Shown here: positions 25,872-39,553 of the stretch, piece by piece
Numbering within the stretch: position 1 is the stretch's first letter
How the letters are laid out: the number at the start of each line of letters is the position of its first letter
NCBI GenBank assembly: GCA_051294905.1
Contig: CM119372.1
Span: 20,214,001 to 20,278,000 of the forward strand
Source: Botryllus schlosseri
Taxonomy: Eukaryota
DNA: 64,000 nt
Direction of reading: 5' to 3'
The notes under the pieces: model-generated
Databases searched by the model: none
What the model was told of the DNA's origin: nothing
Seen by the model: the letters and a program-made list of their open reading frames with translations, nothing else
Made by a program: the position numbers and the translations under genes

Positions 25872-26662
25872 CAAAAAAGAGTACACGAATGACTCGCTGT
25901 AGAATTTTTTCTTCCAATTTCACTGAATACCCGATGAAATTGGTAATGAGAGTAGTGAGAAACGCTGCACAGCTACCTCGATTCTACTGGTTGGATTGAG
26001 CCGTTGAGCCGAATTTGGAGTGCACTATTTTTAGTCAACCTAACTATATTTCATCAGATAGGCTATTCAGTGAAATTTGGTGGATATTCTCAGCTTGTTG
26101 AGAATTCCATATTTTCCCGCAGTCTATGTGCCCCCCCCCTGTTTCGGCCAAGGTTAACCTTGAGAGATTTTGCCGCGAGCAATTTCATCAATCAGGAAAT
26201 CATGCATGTAAGTATTTCAATATATTTTTCAGCAATTCATAAATAATAAAGGATAACGATTATAACTCGTACATATGCTAGTGTGAAGTATAATATCGGT
26301 CTGCGCAGATTTTGACGGTACCAGAATGATATCGCATACATAAATAAATGCATCAGCACATTCATCGTACATTCTAGCTTCAGTTGAAACTCAGTCACAG
26401 GCATAAATTACGAGGAAAATTACATCGAGGAGTGAAAGTTAACGCTAAAAGACAAATCAAATAGCACATCGGCTCAGCAAATCCGATAGCACATACAGCA
26501 GTACGAGATTTTTCTGTGTGAGACTCGTCTATATTGAACATGCAGCCTTTGAAACTGGCTCATATATCTGTCAAATTCAATTCATTTGGCAGCATTTCTT
26601 CTTCGTCGATTTTATATAGAAAAGGTTGTATGATAGCTAATCTGAACGAAACATCTTCATAT

Positions 26663-29600
26663 TCAGTTGCCGGGTCGCGAATTCGGAGGATACTGATCCA
26701 TGGCGAGTCCGGATCTTGTGATGAGTTCTGACAGTTGGGCCACGTTGCTCGGTTGTACAGTATAAGTACCATCTTCACGAGTGTAGCATCTAGCCAGTTG
26801 GGGGTAATTTTTCTCCACCTCATCATCAATATCATAGCAACATCCTGCAATATGATATATAGTTATAGGCTATTGTGGAATCATACCACTGTCACAATAA
26901 GATGTGAATAGGGGGGCTGACCAATTACGCATGAATTAGATGCTGCGCACCTAAAGATTATGGTGTGGGAAATCTTCACTACGACCGAGAACACGATTAT
27001 ACAGACACATTTTCTTATTAGATCGAACACCGGAATAGGATTTAGACATGTGATGTTTACAAACCATGAATTCTCATAGGCATTTTCACGACTTTTGGTC
27101 TTTAGATTAGCGCCTATTTGCGCGGACGTGACAGCAAATCGTTACGTAATTTAGATGTGATAATGCGATAACGCGAGACCTAAAAATTCTGATCCCTTTC
27201 AGACACACACAAAAAAAGCTTGATATCTAACCGAGGCTGTATATACATTCGTCTGCGTCTGGTATCTTGAGAGGGTGCATTCCCTGTTTCATGTGCGCAT
27301 CCATTGTCACCGAGCATCCACCTCGGCGATAGTAAAGCGACGGCGATTGATAGTAATTGGTATCGCAGGTGTGGTTTCCTGTGAAATTGGTCATTTCAAT
27401 ATGCTCAAAGAAACTCAGCCTATAAAGCGATCGAGCCTGCTTCAATCACAGGCATCATTCTCACTGGGCAAGTAAGCGACTGGGATGCTGTTCAAGTCGT
27501 AGTTGAATGACGTAACTCCGTTTGCGTAAAAGCACTGTGGTATGTTGAACGGAGCGCTTTTGTCCCAGCAGCATCCACGGATAGCCACGCAGTGAAATTC
27601 TGTGATTCCAGGAAATCCACATTCTGTTCTCTGGAAGTCAATATGGTTGTTACGACATCAGTCAACAATTTTCGGTAGATGCGACGTACCAAATTGACCA
27701 TATTGCCGAGAAGACTCGATTTTTGGGCGTACGTATAGTATACAGTAGGGTCGAGATTGAGACCGTACTTGAAGAGAGGAAGGCATGAAGGCGGACTTGC
27801 GAATCCTCCAGCTCGTTTCACAGTTAGGGCGACTGAGAGAGAGAGAAGTTTGGATTTATACAGATGAATGTAAACACACCATTATACTAATATTATAGCA
27901 CTCCATAAATGCCGTTACATCTATGAATCAACAATATCAACTTACAACTGTCGTAATAGATGAAGAACACGTTGTAGTAGCACCATGGGACTGCATTCGC
28001 CGTCTTGATTTGTCCTCCGGTCATGTTACTGACTTGGTCGTCCGTGAGAAATATTGGCTAGAGCGTATTCGAAATGAGCTCTGTTAGTTTTTGTCAAGTC
28101 ACAAGGACGACTTTACCATACATCGTACTCACATTGTAGCAACAATATGGACGCATCTCACACTGTGCAGCGGTTATTCCGGTAAAGCCGCATTCAAACC
28201 TGTTGCGTAAGTCGTGCAATGAGCATGTATTGATTCCGAGGGTTTCAAAATGTATGAAGTATAGTTTGCTCCCCGGAAAAATTCCGCGGGGAAGGTCTGG
28301 TATGTATGGCTTTACGATCCCGTCCAAATTAACCGTTTTGCCGATTACTAAAGACGAAAACAGTAAATCACAAATTGGAGAAATATATAATGTGAAACTG
28401 CGAATTGTGTATGCTATTTCTACTTACGAATTTGCGTGATCAATTGGAATACATCGCTTTGACTGCTACCGGTCTGCTTTGAAAGCAACAGAAGTCCAAC
28501 AACTGGATCGATTGCACCAGAATGGATCATAGACTGGATGAAAAAGTTTGAACCTTTGTCGACGCCTAATATGAATGGTACTGCGTCGGCAGCAACTAGT
28601 CCCTTGTTGGCCAAGTAGTTGATCATCGATACTTTGTTTTGATCACTACCGAATCCACCATTGAGAATGAGCTGCGTGGTTGTGGAATCCAATCCTATAG
28701 AGACGCGAAATATGCTGCATCTATTATTTTCAGCCAATAACGAATGATTTAAAAATGAAATGCTCACCTCTTCCGGCTAGTATAATTTGCATGAGCTTGT
28801 CCGTTAATGATGCTCCATTGTTTGTCAATATTGGGATTAAAGACGGGTTGATATTACTGTTCGATTGTGCAAGAAGCATTTGTTCCAATGATTGAGAGCG
28901 CGCACTTGGTTCCCGAGAGAACTCTTTCAATTTTTCTTTTGCTAGAGCTGTAAGTTTTACGGATGGATAGCGATAAATTACGCAGCACTGGACATGAATT
29001 GTACCCTACATGCAGTATGACATCACTCACTGCACAGGACTTCAGAAACACAACCGACGTAACATGCCATTCGTTTTCAAAAAGAGAACTAAGATATGAT
29101 GACTAAATATGCCTTGAAAATGAAAGGAAAAAATGAATACGAATGCTCTCAATGCAAAGCGTGTTTATTTAATGTCTTTCTTTATTAATTGCACAATGCT
29201 GTAACAATGTTTTTTTGTTTCCAGGTTTTAATCAATTTTTCCCTATTGTTTAGGACCAGTTAGTGTCAAAAATCAACTTTATTCCATATAAACTCTGCTT
29301 TTGCGGTTTAGAAAATGAACTTCTAAAATCGCACTATTTTTGAGAAAAGAAATCAAAAATATGGCTAAACAGCATCCAAGATAGATGTTAATCACTTTTA
29401 AATGTTAGTATGCTCTGCAATATTGGCCGTTTTATAGATATTTCTGTTTGCAGGTTTGATTTTTGAGGTTTTGATATTTTTTGATTTGCAATTGATAATT
29501 TTTTAATATTTTTTAATATAACTGGGAAGTAATTGGGGTCTTGAAAATGGTAGCTTTTTTGATGGGTATGCAAGGGGGGGGGAGGGGGGGTGTTCACCAA

Positions 29601-32600
29601 GTATCCGTGGCACTCTTGCCTTTGGGATAGTACGGCTAACACAGAACGCTACAAAAAGCAAATATGGCCAAAACGAAACGAGTTTGTTGTTGGAGAGAAA
29701 AACGTAAAGCAAACCCGGTTGATTGACCCAAACAAAGGTTTTAATCAATTTTTCCCTATTGTTTAGGACCGGTTAGTGTCAAAAATCAACTTTATTCCAT
29801 ATAGTATTCATAAACTCTGCTTTTGTGGTTTAGATAATGAACTTCTAAAATCGCACTATTTTTGAGAAAAGAAATCAAAAATATGGCTAAACAGCATCCA
29901 AGATAGATGTTAATCACTTTTAAATGTTAGTATGCTCTGCAATATTGGCCATTTTATAGATATTTCTGTTTGCAGGGTTGATTTTTGAGGTTTTGATATT
30001 TTTTGATTTGCAATTGATAATTTTTTAATATTTTTTAATATAACTGGGAAGTAATTGGGGTCTTGAAAATGGTAGCGTTTTTGATGGGATGCAAGGGGGG
30101 GGGGGGTTCACCAAGCATCCGTGGCACTCTTGCCTTTGGGATAGTACGGCTAACACAGAACGCTACAAAAAGCAAATATGGCCAAAACGAAACGAGTTTG
30201 TTGTTGGAGAGAAAAACGTAAAGCAAACCCGGTTGATTGACCCAAACAAAGTGTTTAAGCCTCCCCTTCAGATAAAACTTCGCCTTGTAAAGCAATTTAT
30301 GAACGCATTCGATAAAAGTGGTGACGCATTCCAGTTTCTCCAGAACTTGTTTCCTGAACTATCAGAAGCTAAAGTAAAAGCTGGTGTATTTATTGCCCCA
30401 CAAATAAAAAAGATTCTCAAGTCGAATGATTTTATCCAAATGCTTAATGATGTCGAAAAGAAGGTTGGGATGGCTTTGCAGATGTGGTGAATGGGTTCTT
30501 GGGCAATAACAAGGAAGATAACTATGCCGAACTTGTTGCCAATTTGTTAAAGTCGTATGGAAACATGGGGTGCAAAATGCCCATGAAACTACATATGCTT
30601 TATGCTCACTTGGACGAGTTTAAAGATAATACGGGAGCTTATTCAGAAGAACAAGGGGAGCGATTGCATCAAGACATACAAGATTTTGAAAGGTGATACC
30701 AAGGGCAATATTATGAAAGCATGATGGGAGATTACGTCTGGGCCTTAATGCGGGAAAGTGATGTAGCGTACAAAAGAAAATCCCGCAAAACATCCCATTT
30801 TTAATGATTTTATACTCGAACTGTTTTAGCCTGAAATATTTATTTAGATTTACATTTAACAATTAACGATGGTATTGATTCGGATTCAGTTAAGATATTT
30901 ATGTGCAAATTTCCATGTACCAAATGCCTGTGCGTTGTGGTTTGATTTAAATCCTAATTCGTTGCCTATTATTATGCCATCTCATAATTAACCCTATGCC
31001 AAAGAGAAAAATAGCCAAAAGTCGGCTGTAATTTGCTGTGCGAAAAAGCAATCGATAGCCTACAACTAAGGCGTCAGAATATTTAGTAAATACATTTACA
31101 GAATATAACTTCTTAATCGATGCCAAGAGACTTCACAGCCATCAAAGGCAGTTTGGTAAATATCCATTTCCTATAGGGTTAAGCAGTATAACCATGCACA
31201 ATATTGCACATACTATAGTAAATTCAAAAAAGTACTCTCCTAACCATAAAATCAATGCTTGGAATGAACTATATTGATTTTTGGAAGTTTGTAGGTGAGA
31301 ATGATCAGGAAATATCAATTAAAAACCTGGGAGCAAAAATCGTGTGTCACGGTGAAATCCATTAAAACATCCCAATTTTAACTGATCTTATACTTGAACT
31401 ATTTTAGCCTGAAATATTTATTTAGTTTTGCATTTAACATTGATTCGGATACAGTTAATACAGTTATGAGCAAATTCCCGTGTACCGTGTGCCAGCGATC
31501 AAAGACAGTTTGGTAAATATCAATTTGCTATAGTGTAAATCAGTATAACCATGAACAATATTGCACATACTAGCAAATTCAAAAAATACTCTCTTAACCA
31601 CAAAAAAAATTGGAATGAACTATATTAATTTTTGGAAGTTTCAAGGTGAGAGCGATCAAGAAATATCAATTAGAACCCGGAAACAAAAATTGTGTTACAC
31701 GGTGTTATTTGTGGTCCATAGTGAAAGAAGATATCTCATTTCACAGATGCCTATATTTGCCTATATTATCCTTTTCATTAGCGTTTTCTTACATCCAATA
31801 AAGAATTATTGTGATATTTTGGTAATTAGTTTGGAATACTAAAACAAAATACATCAAAATTTTTAGCCAACTAAAAGTTTTGCAAAATTTTGTTACATGG
31901 TGTTATTTGTCGGGGTGACCACTCCAGCGACTGATATACAAGTTGAGAATCACATATTTAGCCTATAGTTGGCGGAATTTCCATGTACCATAATCAACAA
32001 GTTTGTCCTGTCCCAAATCTCGATTATTGGTAACAGGTAGCAAACTCGTGAATTACAATCCAATATATTACATTGTAGGCCTACGTCGTATATCCACAAT
32101 ATATGCTTACGATCAATAACATCCTTGGTGTCGGGTTCACTGGCGACCATTTGCATAAGCAACCCTTCATTTCCTTCCGTCACCACTTTGCATTTGCAGC
32201 TCGTTCCACTGCTACGAAATTTCCCGTCACATGGTGTCGTCGTCAATGCCATCATCATTAGAATGGGCATCTGATCCGGTATATCCGCATTCGTGGAGGT
32301 GTGGTTGATAGATCCTGAACAGGAATCAGCTGTACATGACCAACGTTTTCCGGTACCTGCACACTATACGACTTTACCAGTCTGCGATTCTTTTTTCAAG
32401 TTATTCAAAAGGGAAATCCAGAAGAAAACATTATCTTGCTCATTGCAAACGCATTCATCGTCGCTGCTGATAGGTGTGGTGTGCATTATATTCTCGACTA
32501 AACATCCGCGTTCGCTACTCATGGTCATGTAAGGGATGGCGTCCTCACTGACTTGATTCGCAACGAACAACAGGGCTAACAGTTGTTCATGCGTCGATTT

Positions 32601-33143
32601 TCCTTCTGCCGCCATGGCCGGTAATACTTCCGTGAGCATTCTGGTCGCTTGCGCTTTGAAAATAGAATTTGATAATATTCGAGTGGGGTGGAATTACCAG
32701 TTAAAACATTCAGACTGAATGTTATTTGATTATATCTACCCGTACGAATTTTGAGTGATTAGAAAACAACGCTTACCTGAAGTCAGGCCACCGGAGGTGA
32801 GGAACAATTTCCTAACTTCGTCGGTCATAGGATTCTCGCTCCTTTCGAAAGACATCACGCTCGCTAATATCGCCGTTGGATTTCCTAAAAAGTTCCATGA
32901 TCCTTATTGACTATTAACGTTTGCATAGGAGCATTATTCAATTCTTGTATACTCGCCTCCTTTTCTCTGTACCGAAAGCAAAGGGAAGATCGTGATTGCT
33001 TCATCGCTATCATGACCTGAATAGGGACAAAATATTACAATGTCGTTCTCTGCAACAAGTGTTACTGTGAAAATGGGCTTACCGAGATCCGTGGCTGAAA
33101 TTATTGCTACCGCAACTAACAGCAGGAGAATTGCTGAATGCAT
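26663..33143 (-). CDS. Secreted protein with three C-terminal trefoil (P-type) domains, 13 exons, 706 aa
   Basis: Exons 33143-33083, 33016-32957, 32884-32777, 32653-32378, 32314-32111, 28947-28768, 28694-28428, 28347-28133, 28057-27946, 27832-27690, 27630-27465, 27378-27232, 26844-26663 (2121 nt, open frame). Signal peptide MHSAILLLLVAVAIISA; trefoil motifs RFECGFTGITAAQCEMRPYCCYN...VPWCYY, RTECGFPGITEFHCVAIRGCCWDKSAPFNIPQCFY, and divergent RGGC...DECIYSLGCCYD...ARCY. Confidence 0.88.
29223..30250 (+). repeat. Tandem duplication, 2 x ~513 bp
   Basis: Units start AGGTTTTAATCAATTTTTCCC at ~29223 and ~29736; near-identical. Confidence 0.9.
30089..30760 (+). pseudogene. Chapaev3-type transposase C-terminal fragment with frameshift and stop
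   Basis: CLWDS...PPLQIKLRLVKQF...FPELSEAKVKAGVFIAPQIKK; frameshift ~30465; MGCKMPMKLHMLYAHLDEF...SEEQGERLHQDIQDFER*YQG...MMGDYVW. Family recognised from memory of these motifs. Confidence 0.8.
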
Positions 33144-36100
33144 CCCGATAATCAGGGTCTGTAAGCAAATTTCATGAGCAATTTATTAAAATAGAGATTC
33201 ATTAAATCCGACGCAGTTAGATGTCAGTTAACAGGTGGTCTGATCTTATTACTAGAAAAAGATCCAATCATGGAAGCAAGCTATGGAATTATAGTAAGTT
33301 TTTTAAAAATAGATATAAATATATATGTTAACGCAATTGAAGAAAGCAGATGCTGAGAGCGATTCAACTAAACAAACGACGATTTGGTAAAGAATAGTCC
33401 TACATACAAGCACACACATATGAAATAAACGACAAATTCCAGAGTCATTTCCATGCCAGCTCTGTGTACACCGGACTCTACCTCAACTCTCAACCAATAC
33501 GAGTCATGGAAGTTATCAATCTGAGTATGGATCAGGTTCTCTGTTATCACAGCATCACAATCTCCATATACATATTTCCGCAATCACACCGTGAAAGGCC
33601 CGTGACATCGATTTGTCGCGTGTGCACGATACCTTGTATTTTGCTGTTGTTATGAATTGATTGAAATTGGGATATGCGAATGCATTAAATATGAAGTTAC
33701 ACGTTGCCGTATTATTTCTCATATATATGTACCGGACGAAGCTCAATGATAACAATTATGTCGTGATACCAAGACGGCTTTTCCTGGCAATGTGAGGCTC
33801 AAAGAGTCATACCATCCCGGTAGCGATGACAAATATATATACAATATTATTACAATTCCTACACAAAGAGACAACGATACAGAACGACATCTTGTAGTTA
33901 GACTAACCAATGAGTGGATCTGAACCTTATGCAATGCGCTGTAATATAGCAAGCTTGAACACCAGATGACAAACAAGACAATAGTGGTCCTCCCGGTGGG
34001 TCTAATGTATTTGTGAATTGAAGTATAATTACACTTGGAGCTATTTCTCGGATCTATTCCAAAGAAATTTCAATTGCTATCGGCAGAATTCCACAACTCG
34101 AACTACTATTATTCAGTTGGCTTTCCTTCCGAAAAGTAGCCTAACGCATGTGAATTTCGGCATGATCAATGTGCGATTCATCGTATTGCACATGCACAGT
34201 TTGTCTTCGTCCTAACCGAGTTGGACGAATCAAGTCGGAAAAATCTTACGTATGTATTTACCTCAGTACGTATAGGAATCTACGTCTCTATCGAGATTTC
34301 ACCTTTACGCTGGCAACTTCAGGTCTGGTATGGACTGCCTTACTCTGAGAAAACAAGAGCCGTCAATATGCTAATGCCTTTTATTCTGAGTGATGGTTGG
34401 CGTTTTTCCCTTTTCCCACCTCGCTCTCCGTGTCTCCAGAATGAATACTTCTAAACGGAGACACCGAAATGGGATTTGAGTGCTGTAATCCGAGAACGCA
34501 TGACTATTCCGTATGACCAACGATGGTCACGGTTTATTAGGAGGGACGTATGAGATAATTGCTGGTTGCTGTATAAAGCAATAAAATATATTCCCGGAAT
34601 GACGAGAAATATCTGTGACTCGCCAATTCTATATTTGGCTAAGTGTTGAATTCGGATTGAGTTTCAATAGACTGTTGCAGGAACAAGACTAAATCGTAAG
34701 TACGACGTAAAGGTGTAATTTGATAGTGTCCTTTTCTGATAAATTAATTTTGAAGGAAGGACATGAAATTCAATAATTATTATTTTTCATCTAAACGCTA
34801 ACGGGAAACCGAATCCAGTGGTCCAGTTTCTGATCCAAATTTACTCTCGTGAATGAGAAGTGCGATTTGGTCTGATCCAATTTCACGTGGAACAATGATT
34901 AGCCTTGAATATTTCCATACCATACAATACAAGTATATTCTCAAGACTGACTATTTTCGTTGAACAGAGAAAAAGAAACATAATAAACAAGGCATTTTAT
35001 TAATGTGAATTACACACGACAAAGATTCGCCCAAAGTAATTTAATTTTGGAAATCTGGCTCGCACTTGACAAATCGAATTCCAAGAAAGTTCAAAGGTCC
35101 ATAGAAAGCTGCCCGAGTTTACGCATCAAATTATAGCCCGCAGAATATAAGAGAACGAAGAGGCAACATCACGCTTATAATATTTCGATTTTGAGATGAA
35201 ACCTTGACGCGCTGTAGACATCATCCAACCGTACAGCGGATGTGTAATTTGGAAAAAATCAGCAACGAAATGATGTCGGAGTGACTATATCTGTAGTGAT
35301 ATACCCACCCTCGTTACCAATCATTACTTGATGACTCAGCCTCCCAGACATCAAAGTGTGCCGCAGACATCTGAATGGTTTTATCGTATACGCCAGGAGC
35401 TGCGACGTAACACCTTGACTTTGATTTAATGGTGATCTAAAATGTTGGGCTTCATCGATTGACTGTTGACTGACTGACTGTTTTTGTTTCCACGAACGGG
35501 GAGGGAACGTGTAATTAGGATTCGCTATTGACACATACCAACTCCGTCCGATGGCGAGTTTCGTAGTGGTTCATTTCACAGCTGCAACACCAGAGTCCCA
35601 TTTTAAGCGATGAAAGTTGTACTAGGCTAGTGCACAGCACATGTTCGTTCAATGCACGTAAGCGTTTCCACGTCATATTGCCTCAGTCAAACTGAATTTT
35701 GATTTTTGGCGAAAAATCTAATTTTGAGCGTCTATGTGTGTCGGTTATGTCATTCATGCTGTTAATTTACCAGGCGTCAAACAGTACTTTCACCCTTGGA
35801 TAGCGGCCACGATGCTCTGTGGAGTTTGGAGTAGCATTTTTATGCTGAGCCGTACTGGAATCGTGCCACTCGATTGCACGCTTGTGACCGTTTTAGGTCG
35901 AATGTTAAGATGACTGACTCTGTGATAAAACCGTCTATTCGGAAACTTGAATTTCCAGTATTCCTTACACAGAGGAATCGCTGCTTTATTTTGATTTATG
36001 ACGTCCTTCTATAAATGTCACTCGTTCCCGTATTTTCCGTAATACACAACCTGAATGTTGACGAACGTGATAGTTACGGGGTGCTAAATGCTTTGTTTCC

Positions 36101-37532
36101 ATTTTGACGTGTAATAATTAACTACGTCGAGTGGTCGTGACTATTTTTAGATAACTGCAGTTACGTCACGAGACCGTGTGAATGTTTGCAATTGTTCTAA
36201 ACCGGTGATGTATCAAACAAGGCCGGAATGATAGTTCAGCCTATGACTCTTGATCGCGTGACTTTATGACACCTAAACTAACCCTAGTCCCAACCCGAAC
36301 GCCGAAATTAACCCACATGCTCAAGTGTCGCATGATGTTATGTCGCGTGCTCAGATGTCCACGGACCAAGGAATAGAATAGACTCATATGTAACATCAAT
36401 ATCTACAACACTCGCTCACTACGCCAGATATTTGCGTGTTGCGCAGCCGTAGAAACATTTGTTGCTTGGTGGATGGTCATTGGTCATTGGTCACTTGATC
36501 ATATAATGTGCGCTGCAAATGAAATTGGAAACGATTCTGGGTCGATTCCAACTGGGAGATATGAAACCAAGAGCGTTAGCATTCCTGTGAAGCGTGGGAC
36601 GACGAGCAAATTTCGGCTCTAACATAAAATTCCTACACACCAAGACTGGAGGTTGTACTTATGGTAAACCAATTCATGGCAAAATTTTCAGCATTATCAA
36701 TTCATCAGTCTCAACATCTGACATCGGATGCATACAGGCTTACGGAACATACTACCCCTTCACAGTCTAGCTACGAGTTCGCCCGTTATGTCATTAGACT
36801 CGCATGCCGAGCATATAAAGGTTTATTCCGAAGACGTGGCTAATTAACTGAATACATGCTTGGACTCATGTGTATGATTCAGGGCTGCTTGTTGTAGCGC
36901 GATGATCTCCATTCCATATAATTGCTGGTGTCTGGAGTGTTTCATTGAACAATAATCCGTGTCATTAATTGGATCGGAATATTGCACGAACTCTCCGCAG
37001 ACATTAGATTTAGAAAGTTAGGTAGGGACTAATTCCGTGTGATCAATCCACAGACCGTGACAATTGACGCGACACGTACTTGATGGGATGTCGTTCATGG
37101 CGTAGCACATTGTCGTAAAGTTGCTGACGAATAGGATTTGTACCACTGACGGCATATATTCGAGCCGGATTAACCATTGAGCAATCACGGCACTCGCCGC
37201 AGGGCTTGCAGACCATAGACGAATCAAGCCCATTTTTTTCAAATTTACTATAGTGACAAAAAACTTGACCTTAATTCATTCCATCATAATTGCGACGATA
37301 TACACGGTATAGACAATTTATAATAGTACAATATACCTTTCGTTACCCTGGGTATGCCTCCGGTAACAACCATGGGTCAGGAACAGTGGTTCTTGAACAT
37401 TTGATCTGTCAGAGTCGTTTAGTTCAGTTTATTGTTAATTATATCCTTTCAAAAACACTACAAGATTGCGATACAAAGACAAGATAGGAAGGTGTCGAAA
37501 CGACTAGAATGATCTCATGATATATGTACCTT

Positions 37533-37817
37533 TAGAGCTACCATATTTTTGAAATCCGAAAAGAGGACACTATTTCAAAAATTTCAGACTTACAATACCG
37601 GAGTAAAATCTTGAAAAATTGTAAATTTCCCGACTTCATAGTCGGTTGACTAAAATAATGAAAAAAAGTCGTTTTTCCGGCTCAGCTCCCGAAATAGCCT
37701 CATGAGCTTTACTTCAGTGCTGAGTTACTGAATCTCAGTCGAATTTTGCCCGATATCTAACCAAAATTTTCAAAAAAGAGGACGAATTCTCAAAAGAGAG
37801 GACGTATGGTAACGCTA
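37533..37817 (+). mobile_element. hAT-like MITE
   Basis: TIR TAGAGCTACCATA/TATGGTAACGCTA; TSD TGTACCTT (37525-37532, 37818-37825); AGAGGAC subterminal motifs. Confidence 0.88.
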
Positions 37818-38221
37818 TGTACCTTGAATTCGAATTTTATCAAAATCTGCCAACAGATCTGAAAATAGTACATAGAGCTTCAATATTCGTCAGATTATAT
37901 TTTCATCTGCCCAAGACATACACACAATATACAATGCGATGCACAAGACACACAATGCACATGAACAGATAAGAGGATGCTGAATGACCATTTGCGGTCT
38001 TTTAGACATACATCCACCTCGACTTAGTGCCCGATGTCACAATCACAGTCACAGACGCTCACCACTAGACGCTAACTCCCCCAGCTTCAACGATCTGCTC
38101 ACCTCGATTGCACGAATTTCCATATAGGCAACTTCAAATTGGGTGATGAGACCGTCGATATACACAATACATATACAATATCATTCTCAATGCTGACGAT
38201 TACCTCCGACGAGTGTCAACC

Positions 38222-39384
38222 TATAGATAACTAACCTACGGATAGAAGGGCAACACGTGACTCACGGTCGAGTGATGCGACAACGGCAGATTTGTTGTCG
38301 CTTCGTAGCATGAAACGGGAGCGTAATTGCTAAGCCCATAGATGACGACCCGTCCGCTCAAATTAAATAAAGTTAATATTATTTGAAAGCTACAGTCGCG
38401 CTGATTCTGATGATACACATTAAGCTTTCATCTAGGCAATAGAACCACCCCGAAATAGCCTTCAAAGCCTGAAAATCGGCGTTGTTCTAAACAATTGCAA
38501 CGGCGCAGCACAATGACCATAACAACGGTCCGTGCGTGGTTGCGATTGTTTAGAACAGTGGTTCTTAACCTTGCCCCCAGCGCACCCCAGGGGGCGCTGG
38601 CGATTTTGAAGGGGGGCGGAAACGCTCAGGGGGCGATATGGGGGGCGCTGAGCTCAGGGGGGCGGTATGGGGGGCGCTGGAGAAAAATGGCTTCGCAGTA
38701 GATGATGTGGTGATAGGACATATCCTTGATGAGTATTCAGAGCAAACTAACACCGAAAACTTCGTTGCATATAGCCTTCAAAATGCATATAGGTTTAATT
38801 GTCCACGGGTGCCTAAATGACTGACACCGAATGTTCCTGTACCTAGGGCGACCAGGCCACACAAACTTTGCTGACCATCGAAATCACGATAGGGGGTTCG
38901 TGGGTGCGAAGCCCTCAGAAGTTCGGTTTATCACGCTATGGGTGCGCAAGGCAATCGTTTTTAGGGGGTAGACGAAGTGCTGTTACGGCCCTACCTCTTA
39001 CTCATTGTCTTTATTACATTCCTTACATTATGAAGTTGAGGGGGGGGGGGGGGCGCTGGAGCACGATAATTTTTGAAAGGGGGCGCTGGAGGAAAAAAGG
39101 TTAAGAACCACTGGTTTAGAACAATGCCGATTTTCATATTTTGAAGGCTATTTCGGGGTGGTTCCATTGCCTTGATGAAAATTTAATGTATATTATCAGA
39201 ATCAGTGCGACTGTAGCTTTCAAATAAGATCAACTTTATTTAATTTGAGCGCTCGGGTCGTCATCTATGGGCTTAGCAATTACGCTCCCGTTTCATGCTA
39301 TGAAGCGACAACAAATCTGCCGTTGTCGCATCACTCGACCGTGAGTCACGTGTTGCCCATCTATCCGTAGGTTAGTTATCTATA
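38222..39384. mobile_element. Foldback-type non-autonomous DNA transposon with ~270-bp TIRs
   Basis: 38222-~38492 is the reverse complement of ~39114-39384 (TATAGATAACTAACCTACGGATAGA...); flanking direct repeat GTCAACC (38215-38221, 39385-39391). Confidence 0.92.
38556..39113 (+). mobile_element. hAT-type MITE nested in the foldback element
   Basis: TIR CAGTGGTTCTTAACC/GGTTAAGAACCACTG; TSD GTTTAGAA (38548-38555, 39114-39121); GGGGGCG motifs. Confidence 0.93.
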
Positions 39385-39418
39385 GTCAACCTTATCTTCA
39401 TCTAAAAATCCATTCTAA

Positions 39419-39553
<135 letters not shown>

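Larger units (their letters stand above)
29192..31902 (+). mobile_element. Chapaev3-like (CMC superfamily) DNA transposon remnant in intron 5 of the trefoil gene
   Basis: Right ends ...TGT(T)ACA(C/T)GGTG at 31354 (degenerate), 31704 and 31902; degenerate left end near 29192; carries the transposase fragment below. Boundaries approximate. Confidence 0.7.

Noticed and set aside
26560..26850. 96-aa ORF in the track
   Set aside because: Wrong frame; the spliced terminal exon reads GCCYDIDD...PGN* and stops at 26663.
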